From: Candidatus Latescibacterota bacterium
GTDB taxonomy: Bacteria > Latescibacterota > UBA2968 > GCA-2709665
NCBI GenBank assembly: GCA_965237675.1
Contig: OZ250150.1
Coordinates: 2,688,001 to 2,752,000, forward strand
DNA: 64,000 nucleotides
Reading direction: 5' to 3'
Shown here: piece by piece, positions 1-11,333 of the stretch
How positions within the stretch are numbered: position 1 is the first letter of the stretch
Layout of the letters: each line of letters opens with the position of its first letter
The notes under the pieces: model-generated
What the model was told of the DNA's origin: nothing
What the model saw: only the letters and a program-made list of their open reading frames with translations
Databases searched by the model: none
Made by a program: the position numbers and the translations under genes

Positions 1-989
1 TCGGGAAAATCATAGAAGGCGCCCATGCGGTCCCAGTCGCGAAAAAGCGTGTCGACCGCATCCGGATAAGCCTTTTGGAAGTGTGCCGCGAAGCGTTGTC
101 TGAGCTTGTTGGCGGCCTCTCGGGTTTTGGCGTAAGGCATCTGAGTCAACAATGCTGTGGCGTGCGCCTGAACGCGTTTGGGCAGTTTGTCTAACACGTT
201 GATGATCTTGTGGTTCCAGCATCGCTGTTGGGTCGCTTCGGGCCAGATCTCATCCGCGGCTGCCCAGATGCCCAGGTTGCCGTCAGCCACCAACAGCACC
301 GGCACGTTCAGTCCCCTGGTGTGCAGATCGCGCAGGACGTCCTTCCACGACTGGATCGATTCGCGGTAGCCCGGCTGGAGGGCTAAGACTTCTTTGCTTC
401 CGTCGCTGAGGGCGCCAATAACCACCAACAGGGCTGCCTTTTCCTTCTCCAGGCCCGCTTTAACGTAAATGCCATCGGCCCAGGCGTAGACCAGTTCTCG
501 ATCCCGTAGGCTGCGGCTGCGCCAGAGTTGGTGTTCGCCTTCCCACTTGGCACGCAGACGTGAAATGGACGCACACGATAAAGGAGCGCCTTCTCCCAAG
601 AGACCGCGCAGCGCCAGTTCGAAGTCACCCAGCGAAAGGCCGCGTAAATACAACTCGGGAAGCAGATCGCCTACTTCCTTGGTGCGTCGAGCGAACAGCG
701 GCAGAATCCGGCTTTCAAACCGCGCTTCCAGACCCCGCACTCTCGGCCGCCGCACCTCGACCGTACCGCAGGTCAGCGCAAGCTTGCGAGGCTTCCCATA
801 GCCGTTGCGATACCCGGGTGAGGGATCCACACCCGCACGGCGCTGGTAGGGAAACCGACCCAGAAAGGCCGTCATCTCTTCTTCCAATACCTGCTGTAAA
901 CGACCTTGAATCTCATTGCGTGCCCACGCTTCAAGGGCATCCCAAACAGGTGTGGACACTGCCGGGGTGTTTTGCGTATGTTCTTTCAC
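1..989 (-). CDS. IS256-family transposase (runs off the left window edge)
   Basis: Hand translation from GTG 989 (GGAGAG RBS upstream): MKEHTQ...YRNGYGKPRKL...RRPRVR...LPELYLRGLSLGDF...YAWADGIY...GYRESIQSW...LVADGNLGIW...QRCWNHK...FYDFP. Open to base 1, so absent from the ORF track. Confidence 0.9.
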   Translation of the reverse strand, partial: MKEHTQNTPAVSTPVWDALEAWARNEIQGRLQQVLEEEMTAFLGRFPYQRRAGVDPSPGYRNGYGKPRKLALTCGTVEVRRPRVRGLEARFESRILPLFARRTKEVGDLLPELYLRGLSLGDFELALRGLLGEGAPLSCASISRLRAKWEGEHQLWRSRSLRDRELVYAWADGIYVKAGLEKEKAALLVVIGALSDGSKEVLALQPGYRESIQSWKDVLRDLHTRGLNVPVLLVADGNLGIWAAADEIWPEATQQRCWNHKIINVLDKLPKRVQAHATALLTQMPYAKTREAANKLRQRFAAHFQKAYPDAVDTLFRDWDRMGAFYDFP

Positions 990-1102
990 GGCGACTCTCC
1001 TTCCTGCCGGAACCGCATTCGGCTCGGGTTGTAGGTAAACTTCTTGCTACAAGGAAGATAGGGTCGCCCTTTTCTTTTTTCCACACCCTTTTAATTTAAC
1101 TC
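1..1102 (-). mobile_element. IS256-family element, left end near 1102, inserted into an IS1380 transposase gene
   Basis: Terminus GAGTTAAATTAAAAGGGTGTGG (minus strand from 1102) abuts IS1380 coding sequence (GYFD..YCYMPLH) directly. Confidence 0.7.
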
Positions 1103-1920
1103 GGTTATTTTGATAGTATTGCTACATGCCGCTGCATGTGTATGAAGGGCACTCGGGCAAACTCATCACGGCGCTGTTGCGGCCCGGATGCAGAATGGAC
1201 GGACGCACGATGGCGGCGATCTTAAGACGCGTTCTGGATCGGGTGTTGGCAGCGTGGCCGAAGGTTCGGATTCTCTTGCGTGGCGACGGGCACATCTCTG
1301 CGCCGGAAGTGCACGAACTATGTCAGGAATATCGCATCGATTTCCTTCTGGAACAGATGGTTAACAAGAAGCTCAAAGCCCTCGGCCAACCCCTGATGGA
1401 CGATGTCGCTGCACAGACCCAGACGGGTGAAGCACCCGTGCGTCTTTTCACGGCTTTCGATTATCAGGCCAAGTCCTGGAAGCGACCGCTCAGGATCATC
1501 TACAAGGCGGAAATGACCCACGACAAAGCCAACCCTCGCTTTGTCGTCACCAATATCCGTAACCGAACCCCCAGGTTCCTCTACGAGAAGATCTACTGCG
1601 CGCGCGGGCGCACCGAAGGCTTCATCAAAAACCACAAGACCTATCTGCGTTCTGACAGAACCTCCTGCCACCGCTTTTCAGCCAACCAGTCCCGGCTCTT
1701 CTTGCACAGCGCCGCCTACGTGCTCCTGCACGCCCTCAAAGAATCGGGAATGAAAGGCACCTCCTGGGTCAAAGCCGACTTCGATACCATCCAACTGCGG
1801 ATTCTGAAAATCGGCGCCCGCGTTCGAGAACAGACAACAAGGATCCGATTCCACTTCCCGACATCGTATCCCGATAAGGACCTGGTACGCGCCATCATCT
1901 ACAATCTCGATACCGCGTGA
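1103..1920 (+). pseudogene. IS1380-family transposase, C-terminal part
   Basis: YCYMPLHVYEG...LRPG...LLRGDG...RFVVTN...YCARGRTEGFIK...SDRTSCHRFSANQSRLFLH are IS1380 DDE motifs. The N-terminus is missing and there is a frameshift near 1113. Right end ATGAATTATTCAGG at 2115-2128 is followed by CTAG. Confidence 0.85.
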
Positions 1921-3079
1921 TGATCAGACACCGCAACAATCAATACAATCCAGACCCAAAGCAACACCAAGGCATCACTGTGACCAGAAACAACCCCAGT
2001 CTCCTTTGAATCCCACCCAAACAGCTTTAAAGATCCAATACCGACTCAACCTTTACAATCACCCTTGCCGAATACATGCTCTACGACCTTCTTCACGCAA
2101 TTTTATACAATTGCATGAATTATTCAGGCTAGCTATATGCTGAATGCTGGTTGCTTCCGTTGTATCTTGCGAAAAATTTGAGCTCGGCCAGCTAAAAGCA
2201 ATGACAAATCCGCCGCAGGAGTTTGGTCATGATGGAATGCTTGTTGTTGGCGATCATGCCTCTGTTCTTGCTTGCTCAGCCAAGCGTCACACGTGACCTG
2301 GTCAGGGACGTTGAATGTGACTTCCGCGTTTTTCTGAGCGGATGTCGTTGAAAGTGGCCCAGGCAATAAGGCTAGGATTCCGGTAGCCTGCGGACGATTG
2401 CTGGAGAATCGGGTGTGGTTAGACAAATACTCGTATAGTGTACAAAGTTTCACTATGTCGGATTCATCTCACCCGTGAAACCCACTGTGGATGAGAGCCA
2501 CGATGGGCGTGTCCTGGGTTGATGTAGGCACCCGCATTGGTTCGGATTTGCAGCAATGCTGGACCGGTGGATCCCCAGTGTATACCGACGCGTTCGACTA
2601 ACTTGCGTGGTGCGTGCAAATCAGACGATCGCACTCACGCCCCCAGCGCCTTGTCCAAAGACGTATCGGTGCTTGGATTTTCGTGGTCCGTGGTGATTTG
2701 AAACTCGGAAATCGAACGATGCGCGAATTGCCGGTTGGAACCATGACTTCCTCGGGTCATGGGTAGGAACTCAGGACCGGCGTAACTTAACTAAAATCAA
2801 GCGGATTCGACGCCGACTCTCGAAAACAAGAACGGTAGCGGTCGCGCGAAATAGCGTTGAAGAGTAATGTGGCGGAGTGAGGAGATGGATGGGCAATGGC
2901 AGGTTTAGAGACCATGGAAAAGAGGGTACGAAAGATAAAGCCTGTATGATGACACCGGGAATATAAGATTTACCCTTGACGAGATGCAAATAATCCTGGG
3001 TAAATTCCAATCAAGGGTTTACCATGGCAATGGTAAACAACGAACGCGTACGAGCAGGTGAGTACACGATGGAGCCGCT

Positions 3080-3661
3080 ATGGAAGATGACAACGAGCTA
3101 TTGCTTGAAGCCTTGAATGAGGTCAATCGGCTTCAGAGGCAACATGCGTCGATCTTCAACTGGGGCTGTAAGGCGGTAAAAGAGGCAGGAATCACTGATG
3201 AATTCCTGAACCCAGAGGTTCACTGTGGACGACATTCGTTCACTAGCTTTGAACCCCTTAAACACGGCGAAGATCCACCCGACGCTTGGGTCTTTGGTTC
3301 AAACGGCAATCGGACGGCGCTTGAAATCGCCGAGTTGGTCAACCAGAGCACAATTGAGGCGCAGATCAACGGCGATGAATTGAAATACCGGGATGGGTCC
3401 GTCCGGTGGGCGGATCTCGCGTATTTCAAACGTCATGTGAACGAAATCGTCTCAACAAAGGACGCGAAATGCGGGAGATTGTTCTCAAAAGGGGTGGCCG
3501 TTCAACTTCTGCTTCACTCTGATGAAACGTACCTTCTTGCTTCCTATCGCGACCATCTCAATCAGGAACTCAACCTCACCTGCAATCGATTCGAAAGGGT
3601 GTGGCTACTGTTGAGCTACGACCCGAAGATCAAGAAGTGTCCCCTGATGGAACTCACTTGA
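3080..3661 (+). CDS. hypothetical protein (193 aa)
   Basis: ATG with GGAG upstream and natural amino acid composition; no family recognised. Confidence 0.6.
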   Translation: MEDDNELLLEALNEVNRLQRQHASIFNWGCKAVKEAGITDEFLNPEVHCGRHSFTSFEPLKHGEDPPDAWVFGSNGNRTALEIAELVNQSTIEAQINGDELKYRDGSVRWADLAYFKRHVNEIVSTKDAKCGRLFSKGVAVQLLLHSDETYLLASYRDHLNQELNLTCNRFERVWLLLSYDPKIKKCPLMELT

Positions 3662-3852
3662 CAGGCAGGTGCATGTCGATTACGCCAATGGCTAACTATC
3701 GTCAGATCGTTTCTGCATCCGGCAGTTGGCGAATTGCGAGCGTAGATGAGGATCGTTGGCTCAGTCGGTTTGTACGACTGTCACAATTTCGGCACCGCGA
3801 GTAACAATCCCCTTGATTTCGAGCTTGCTGGTTTTCCCGCCAGGTTAAAGGA

Positions 3853-4700
3853 ATGAGTGGTGGCTTTCAGCGAGTCCGCGACCAAATCCGATCCGTAGCT
3901 GATACCGACGCCCGCAAGGGACGCCTGTTTGAGAGGTTGATGAAGGCGTACTTCATGAGCGATCCGATCTACCGGGACCGGTTTTCGAGAGTCTGATTGT
4001 GGTCCGATTGGCATTCATGCGCCCGGGATTCGATGGAACGGATACAGGAATCGATCTAGTCGCAGAGGAGCGCGATGGCGGTTTTTGCGCGATTCAGTGC
4101 AAGTGTTATGCGCCGGACACCCGGATCTCAAAAGCCCATCTCGACTCATTCATTGCCGCTTCGACGCGCAAGCCAATCACGACCCTGTTGGTCGTCGATA
4201 CCGGAACCGAATGGGGACCAAACGCTCGCAAACACGTGGAAAGGCTGAGCGTTCCCTGTACAGGCTTACGTTTCAACGACCTCGCGGACCCGCCCATAGA
4301 TTGGCCCGATCTGGTTCGGGACGATCCGGAAAAGCTATCGTTGCGGCGTGAACCATTCAATCTCAGGCCACATCAGCAACAGGCACTGGATGACGTCACG
4401 AACGGTTTCAAGGATCACGACCGTGGAAAGCTGATCATGTCGTGCGGTACGGGCAAGACTTTTGCAGCGATGTGCATTGCGGAAAGGGCCGCTGGCGTGG
4501 GAGGACGGGCACTGTATCTCGTACCGTCGATTTCATTAGACGATGCGCGAGTAGGCGGAGCAAAAGGCAGTTACTCACCGCTATATTGCCATATGCTCCG
4601 ATGACCGTGCAGGACACACCGACGAAGACGCTTCACTTCAAGAACACGAAATCCCTGTCACCACGGACACGACAGGAATCGTGAGTCCAACAACAAGGTA
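3853..4700 (+). pseudogene. type ISP restriction-modification enzyme N-terminus (Mrr-like nuclease plus start of SF2 helicase), degraded
   Basis: KGRLFERLMKAYF..DP.YRDRFSRV*LWSDW, then DTGIDLVAE...AIQCKCY, LRPHQQ, RGKLIMSCGTGKT, LYLVPSISL. Internal stop near 3994, frameshifts, truncated before the methyltransferase. Confidence 0.85.
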
Positions 4701-4712
4701 AGGGTAACACAG

Positions 4713-7700
4713 ATGAAATCTCGGGCTGAGAACTGGATGCTCGTACTTTGCTCTGCCGGGTTGTTGTGCATGATTCTGGTTTCTACCGCGTCTCTTTCGA
4801 CGCAGACAACGTCAACTGTTCCGGACTTCAACGGGAACGGGATTGTGGATTTTTCAGACTTCGTGGCCTTTGCGGCTGTTTTCGGCGTTCAGCAGGGAGA
4901 CGAAGCGTATGATAACAAATACGACCTGGATGGGAATGGCGAGATTGACTTTGGCGACTTTGTGATCTTCGCTCGAAGTTTTGGAAAAGTTGTCAATACA
5001 GCACCTCCAGGAACACGCCCGCCACCGGGTCAGGGCAATTCGCCAGACCTGGTCGTGGCAACTCCTTCGGTGGACGATAGCAGCCTGGACGTAGGAGAAT
5101 CCTTCACCTTGAGCGCCACGGTACGCAACAATGGCAGCGGTTCGTCGTCGGCAACGACATTGCGTTACTACCTGTCGACGGACGCGACGATTTCTGACAG
5201 CGACACGCAGATTGGGACGGACGCTGTGAGCATTTTGGGTGCTTTCGAGGCGAGCGATCAGTCGGTCGATCTGAAGGCGCCGTCAACTGCGGGCACGTAT
5301 TACTATGGCGCCTGTGTCGATGTCGTAACGGGAGAATCCAGCAACGGAAACAACTGCTCCGGTGCGGTAATGGTAACGGTGGGTGGAGGATCACCACCGC
5401 CAGCAGCTCCCGAGGTAACAATTGCAGCGGGTACAACGCCTGTAACGGAAGGCACGGCAGCGACGTTTACAATCACGGTGTCCCCTGCACCGGCATCCGC
5501 TCTGACGGTGAACGTGAAAGTCACCGCAGATGGCGACGTCATCGGTGGTACACCCTATTCAACGGTGACTATCGACGCGAACAAGGGCACGGCTACGCTC
5601 GCGGTCATTACTGTGGATGACCAGGCCGATGAGGCCAATAGCGTGGTGACCGTGCGACTGCAAGGTGGAACCGGCTATACGGTCGGCGGTACATCTTCTG
5701 CTAGCGTAACGGTTAATGACAACGACCCTCCACAAGTGACGATTTCTGCGGGTACCTCACCTGTGAGGGAGGGCACGGCAGCGACGTTTACAATCACAGC
5801 ATCGTCTGCACCGGCCTCGGCACTGAGTGTGGGTGTGTCGGTAACCCAGTCAGGTGATGTCATCAGTGGCACGCCCTCATCAAGTGTGACGATCGATGCG
5901 AACAAGACGACGGCCACGCTGACGGTAGCGACGGACGATGACGGTAACGACGAGTCGAGCGGCGTGGTAACCGCGCAATTGCAGTCTGGCACAGGCTATA
6001 CCGTGGGCAGTACATTTTCGGCCAGTGTAACGGTAAACGACAACGATATTCCGCAGGTGACAATATCAGCAGGAACCACCCCTGTAACGGAAGGCACGGC
6101 AGCGACGTTTACAATCTCAGCGTCTCCTGCACCGGCATCCGCTCTGACAGTTACAGTGAATGTGACAGAGACAGGGGATGTCATAGGCGGTACACCTTCT
6201 ACAACGGTGACTATCGACGCCGCCAAGACTACGACCACGCTGACGGTCAATACGGTAAACGATGAAGCAGACGAACCCAATAGCAAGGTGACCGCAAAAG
6301 TCGAGACCGGCACGGGCTATACGGTGGATAGTGCATTTTCGGCCAGTGTAACGGTAAACGACAACGATATTCCGCAGGTGACAATATCAGCAGGAACCAC
6401 CCCTGTAACGGAAGGCACGGCAGCGACGTTTACAATCTCAGCGTCTCCTGCACCGGCATCCGCTCTGACAGTTACAGTGAATGTGACAGAGACAGGGGAT
6501 GTCATAGGCGGTACACCTTCTACAACGGTGACTATCGACGCCGCCAAGACTACGACCACGCTGACGGTCAATACGGTAAACGATGAAGCAGACGAACCCA
6601 ATAGCAAGGTGACCGCAAAAGTCGAGACCGGCACGGGCTATACGGTGGATAGTGCATTTTCGGCGAGCGTGACCGTTAACGACAATGACGATGCTCCACC
6701 TGGAACGCCGGTGGTGACAATTGCAGGAGGCACTCCCTCTGTAACGGAAGGCACGGCAGCGACGTTTACAATCACGGTGTCCCCTGCACCGGCATCCGCT
6801 CTGACGGTGAACGTGAAAGTCACCGAAGATGGCGACGTCATCGGTGGTACACCCTATTCAACGGTGACTATCGACGCGAACAAGGGCACGGCTACGCTCG
6901 CGGTCAATACTGTGGATGACCAGGCCGATGAGGCCAATAGCGTGGTGACCGCGCGACTGCAAGGTGGCACCGGCTATACGGTCGGCAGTACATCTCCTGC
7001 TAGCGTAACGGTAAACGACAACGACCCTCCACAAGTGACGATTTCTGCGGGTACCTCACCTGTGAGGGAGGGTACGGCAGCGACGTTTACAATCACAGCA
7101 TCGTCTGCACCGACCTCGGCACTGAGTGTGGGTGTGTCCGTCACCCAGTCAGGTGATGTCATCAGTGGCACGCCCTCATCAAGTGTGACGATCGATGCGA
7201 ACAAGACGACGGCCACGCTGACGGTAGCGACGGATGATGACAGTAAAGATGAGTCCAATGGCGTGGTAACCGCGCAATTGCAGTCTGGCACAGGCTATAC
7301 GTTGGACAGTACATCTTCGGCCAGTGTAACGGTAAACGACGACGATATCCCACAGGTGACAATTGCAGGAGGTACTCCCTCTGTAACGGAAGGCACGGCA
7401 GCGACGTTTACAATCACGGTGTCCCCTGCACCGGCATCCGCTCTGACGGTGAACGTGAAAGTCACCGAAGATGGCGACGTCATCGGTGGTACACCCTATT
7501 CAACGGTGACTATCGACGCGAACAAGGGCACGGCTACGCTCGCGGTCAATACTGTGGATGACCAGGCCGATGAGGCCAATGGCGTGGTAACCGCGCAATT
7601 GCAGTCTGGCACAGGCTATACGTTGGGCAGTACATCTTCTGCTAGCGTAACGGTCAATGACAACGACCCTCCACAAGTGACGATTTCTGCGGGTACCTCA

Positions 7701-10700
7701 CCTGTGACGGAGGGTACGGCAGCGACGTTTACAATCACAGCATCGTCTGCACCGACCTCGGCACTGAGTGTGGGTGTGTCCGTCACCCAGTCAGGTGATG
7801 TCATCAGTGGCACGCCCTCATCAAGTGTGACGATCGATGCGAACAAGACGACGGCCACGCTGACGGTAGCGACGGACGATGACGGTAACGACGAGTCGAG
7901 CGGCGTGGTAACCGCGCAATTGCAGTCTGGCACAGGCTATACCGTGGGCAGTACATTTTCGGCCAGTGTAATGGTAAACGACAACGATATTCCGCAGGTG
8001 ACAATATCAGCAGGAACCACCCCTGTAACGGAAGGCACGGCAGCGACGTTTACAATCTCAGCGTCTCCTGCACCGGCATCCGCTCTGACAGTTACAGTGA
8101 ATGTGACAGAGACAGGGGATGTCATAGGCGGTACACCTTCTACAACGGTGACTATCGACGCCGCCAAGACTACGACCACGCTGACGGTCAATACGGTAAA
8201 CGATGAAGCAGACGAACCCAATAGCAAGGTGACCGCAAAAGTCGAGACCGGCACGGGCTATACGGTGGATAGTGCATTTTCGGCGAGCGTGACCGTTAAC
8301 GACAATGACGATGCTCCACCTGGAACGCCGGTGGTGACAATTGCAGGAGGTACTCCCTCTGTAACGGAAGGCACGGCAGCGACGTTTACAATCACGGTGT
8401 CCCCTGCACCGGCATCCGCTCTGACGGTGAACGTGAAAGTCACCGAAGATGGCGACGTCATCGGTGGTACACCCTATTCAACGGTGACTATCGACGCGAA
8501 CAAGGGCACGGCTACGCTCGCGGTCAATACTGTGGATGACCAGGCCGATGAGGCCAATAGCGTGGTGACCGCGCGACTGCAAGATGGCACAGGCTATACG
8601 TTGGGCAGTACATCTTCTGCTAGCGTAACGGTCAATGACAACGACCCTCCACAAGTGACGATTTCTGCGGGTACCTCACCTGTGAGGGAGGGTACGGCAG
8701 CGACGTTTACAATCACAGCATCGTCTGCACCGACCTCGGCACTGAGTGTGGGTGTGTCCGTCACCCAGTCAGGTGATGTCATCAGTGGCACGCCCTCATC
8801 AAGTGTGACGATCGATGCGAACAAGACGACGGCCACGCTGACGGTAGCGACGGATGATGACGGTAACGACGAGTCGAGCGGCGTGGTAACCGCGCAATTG
8901 CAGTCTGGCACAGGCTATACGTTGGACAGTACATCTTCGGCCAGTGTAACGGTAAACGACGACGATATCCCACAGGTGACAATTGCAGGAGGTACTCCCT
9001 CTGTAACGGAAGGCACGGCAGCGACGTTTACAATCACGGTGTCCCCTGCACCGGCATCCGCTCTGACGGTGAACGTGAAAGTCACCGAAGATGGCGACGT
9101 CATCGGTGGTACACCCTATTCAACGGTGACTATCGACGCGAACAAGGGCACGGCTACGCTCGCGGTCAATACTGTGGATGACCAGGCCGATGAGGCCAAT
9201 GGCGTGGTAACCGCGCAATTGCAGTCTGGCACAGGCTATACGTTGGGCAGTACATCTTCTGCTAGCGTAACGGTCAATGACAACGACCCTCCACAAGTGA
9301 CGATTTCTGCGGGTACCTCACCTGTGACGGAGGGTACGGCAGCGACGTTTACAATCACAGCATCGTCTGCACCGACCTCGGCACTGAGTGTGGGTGTGTC
9401 CGTCACCCAGTCGGGTGATGTCATCAGTGGCACGCCCTCATCAAGTGTGACGATCGATGCGAACAAGACGACGGCCACGCTGACGGTAGCGACGGACGAT
9501 GACAGTAAAGATGAGTCCAATGGCGTGGTAACCGCGCAATTGCAGTCTGGCACAGGCTATACGGTCGGCGGTACATCTTCTGCTGGCGTAACGGTCAATG
9601 ACAACGACCCTCCACAAGTGACGATTTCTGCGGGTACCTCACCTGTGACGGAGGGTACGGCAGCGACGTTTACAATCACAGCATCGTCTGCACCGACCTC
9701 GGCACTGAGTGTGGGTGTGTCCGTCACCCAGTCGGGTGATGTCATCAGTGGCACGCCCTCATCAAGTGTGACGATCGATGCTAACAAGACCACGGCCACA
9801 CTGACGGTAGCAACCGATGATGACGGTAACGACGAGTCGAGCGGCGTGGTAACCGCGCAATTGCAGTCTGGCACAGGCTATACGTTGGGCAGTACATCTT
9901 CTGCTAGCGTAACGGTCAATGACAACGACCCTCCACAAGTGACGATTTCTGCGGGTACCTCACCTGTGACGGAGGGTGCGGCAGCGACGTTTACAATCAC
10001 AGCATCGTCTGCACCGACCTCGGCACTGAGTGTGGGTGTGTCCGTCACCCAGTCGGGTGATGTCATCAGTGGCACGCCCTCATCAAGTGTGACGATCGAT
10101 GCTAACAAGACCACGGCCACACTGGCGGTAGCAACCGATGATGACGGTAACGACGAGTCGAGCGGCGTGGTAACCGCGCAATTGCAGTCTGGCACAGGCT
10201 ATACGTTGGGCAGTACATCCTCGGCCACTGTAACGGTTAATGACAATGATGAGCGGCTGCCGGCGGCTTCAGTCGTGATCAGTCCAGACACGCTGGCGTT
10301 TACGGCGGTCGGCGCGTCCGCGACTCTGACGGGCCGCATACTGGACGCTAACGGTAATGCGACGTATCCCACGTCCTTGGGTTGGACGTCGGCCAACAGG
10401 GAAGTGGCTACAGTAACTTCACTGACAAGCCTTGACTTGAGCCGACCGAAAGCGACGGTAAAGGCCATTGGTGGAGGGACGACCACCATTACGCTGGGCG
10501 TGGACGACGACGTGACTGGGACGGCCACGGTGACGGTAACACTGATGGGACGACGAGTGGAAATCTCGCCGGGTAGGCTCAGGTTCGATGCGCTGGGGCA
10601 AACAAAGATGGTGACGGTCAAGGTATTGTATGAAAACGACGACGAGGATACAGAAGCTTCGTTCTCAGCTTCTTCGGCGTTTTCTCCGTTGCGGGGGACC

Positions 10701-11159
10701 ACAATCGGAGATGGAGGTCTGGACATCGAAAAAGTGGATGGCGGAATCCAGATCACAGCGAACGCAAATGGGATCGGAAGTGTTACCATTTCCTCGGCTG
10801 GCGCCGAAAGCGCTATTTTGCATGTAAGTGCGGCACAAAGTCCGGCGTCCCTTGTGGTTTCACCGGATTCGGTGGGCTTGGCGGTAGGCGCGACCGCGAC
10901 GCTTAGTGCGGCAATAAGCGACGCAAACGGTCACGGCATCGTGCTGGATCAGGGTGACGGTCAAGGCGGTCTTATGGTGTCTTGGGAAACCAGCGACTCG
11001 GCCGTGGCGACGGTAACAGGCGCTACTGCCACCAACGACAGTAATACGGGCGGCACGGCTACGGTTTCCGCAGCCGGGGCAGGGGCGGCTACGATCACCG
11101 GCCGGTGGGGGAGTTACATTCGTGGTACGGCCAAAGTGACGGTGACGGCCGGTAACTGA
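4713..11159 (+). CDS. giant secreted adhesin-like protein: signal peptide, dockerin-like EF-hand pair, CARDB-like domain, 15 Calx-beta-like repeats, C-terminal Ig (Big_2-like) domains
   Basis: 2148 aa ORF. DFNGNGIVDFSDF..DLDGNGEIDFGDF; PDLVV...VRNNG; repeats VTEGTAATFTI...VTVNDND. Confidence 0.9.
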   Translation: MKSRAENWMLVLCSAGLLCMILVSTASLSTQTTSTVPDFNGNGIVDFSDFVAFAAVFGVQQGDEAYDNKYDLDGNGEIDFGDFVIFARSFGKVVNTAPPGTRPPPGQGNSPDLVVATPSVDDSSLDVGESFTLSATVRNNGSGSSSATTLRYYLSTDATISDSDTQIGTDAVSILGAFEASDQSVDLKAPSTAGTYYYGACVDVVTGESSNGNNCSGAVMVTVGGGSPPPAAPEVTIAAGTTPVTEGTAATFTITVSPAPASALTVNVKVTADGDVIGGTPYSTVTIDANKGTATLAVITVDDQADEANSVVTVRLQGGTGYTVGGTSSASVTVNDNDPPQVTISAGTSPVREGTAATFTITASSAPASALSVGVSVTQSGDVISGTPSSSVTIDANKTTATLTVATDDDGNDESSGVVTAQLQSGTGYTVGSTFSASVTVNDNDIPQVTISAGTTPVTEGTAATFTISASPAPASALTVTVNVTETGDVIGGTPSTTVTIDAAKTTTTLTVNTVNDEADEPNSKVTAKVETGTGYTVDSAFSASVTVNDNDIPQVTISAGTTPVTEGTAATFTISASPAPASALTVTVNVTETGDVIGGTPSTTVTIDAAKTTTTLTVNTVNDEADEPNSKVTAKVETGTGYTVDSAFSASVTVNDNDDAPPGTPVVTIAGGTPSVTEGTAATFTITVSPAPASALTVNVKVTEDGDVIGGTPYSTVTIDANKGTATLAVNTVDDQADEANSVVTARLQGGTGYTVGSTSPASVTVNDNDPPQVTISAGTSPVREGTAATFTITASSAPTSALSVGVSVTQSGDVISGTPSSSVTIDANKTTATLTVATDDDSKDESNGVVTAQLQSGTGYTLDSTSSASVTVNDDDIPQVTIAGGTPSVTEGTAATFTITVSPAPASALTVNVKVTEDGDVIGGTPYSTVTIDANKGTATLAVNTVDDQADEANGVVTAQLQSGTGYTLGSTSSASVTVNDNDPPQVTISAGTSPVTEGTAATFTITASSAPTSALSVGVSVTQSGDVISGTPSSSVTIDANKTTATLTVATDDDGNDESSGVVTAQLQSGTGYTVGSTFSASVMVNDNDIPQVTISAGTTPVTEGTAATFTISASPAPASALTVTVNVTETGDVIGGTPSTTVTIDAAKTTTTLTVNTVNDEADEPNSKVTAKVETGTGYTVDSAFSASVTVNDNDDAPPGTPVVTIAGGTPSVTEGTAATFTITVSPAPASALTVNVKVTEDGDVIGGTPYSTVTIDANKGTATLAVNTVDDQADEANSVVTARLQDGTGYTLGSTSSASVTVNDNDPPQVTISAGTSPVREGTAATFTITASSAPTSALSVGVSVTQSGDVISGTPSSSVTIDANKTTATLTVATDDDGNDESSGVVTAQLQSGTGYTLDSTSSASVTVNDDDIPQVTIAGGTPSVTEGTAATFTITVSPAPASALTVNVKVTEDGDVIGGTPYSTVTIDANKGTATLAVNTVDDQADEANGVVTAQLQSGTGYTLGSTSSASVTVNDNDPPQVTISAGTSPVTEGTAATFTITASSAPTSALSVGVSVTQSGDVISGTPSSSVTIDANKTTATLTVATDDDSKDESNGVVTAQLQSGTGYTVGGTSSAGVTVNDNDPPQVTISAGTSPVTEGTAATFTITASSAPTSALSVGVSVTQSGDVISGTPSSSVTIDANKTTATLTVATDDDGNDESSGVVTAQLQSGTGYTLGSTSSASVTVNDNDPPQVTISAGTSPVTEGAAATFTITASSAPTSALSVGVSVTQSGDVISGTPSSSVTIDANKTTATLAVATDDDGNDESSGVVTAQLQSGTGYTLGSTSSATVTVNDNDERLPAASVVISPDTLAFTAVGASATLTGRILDANGNATYPTSLGWTSANREVATVTSLTSLDLSRPKATVKAIGGGTTTITLGVDDDVTGTATVTVTLMGRRVEISPGRLRFDALGQTKMVTVKVLYENDDEDTEASFSASSAFSPLRGTTIGDGGLDIEKVDGGIQITANANGIGSVTISSAGAESAILHVSAAQSPASLVVSPDSVGLAVGATATLSAAISDANGHGIVLDQGDGQGGLMVSWETSDSAVATVTGATATNDSNTGGTATVSAAGAGAATITGRWGSYIRGTAKVTVTAGN
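5410..10250 (+). repeat. intragenic tandem array of 15 x 321-bp (107 aa) units of three subtypes
   Basis: 321-bp periodicity is visible in the DNA and in the antisense ORFs (5996/6317, 9236/9557/9878). Confidence 0.9.
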
Positions 11160-11333
11160 TTCGATCAACAATGCGCTTTGGCCTATTTTCGAGCAGGTCT
11201 TGAAGACACATTGATGTTGCAAGTGGGGCACTTTCAGATTCCTTCCATGGTGCTGCCTTGGCAGGAATGCCCGTTGTCTTTGCTTGTGTACTACAAGAAC
11301 ATTCCTTTTGTAGTAGGGCAGCTTCTGAGAACA

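Noticed and set aside
2133-3010. ORFs 2133-2453 and 2771-3010, or a structured RNA here
   Set aside because: No recognisable motifs, RBS or convincing structure; probably decayed sequence.
3024-3060. MAMVNNERV resembling the start of Swt1/DUF499-type defence proteins
   Set aside because: Too short to support.
5104-10789. Series of 105-aa minus-strand ORFs
   Set aside because: Antisense shadows of the 321-bp repeats.
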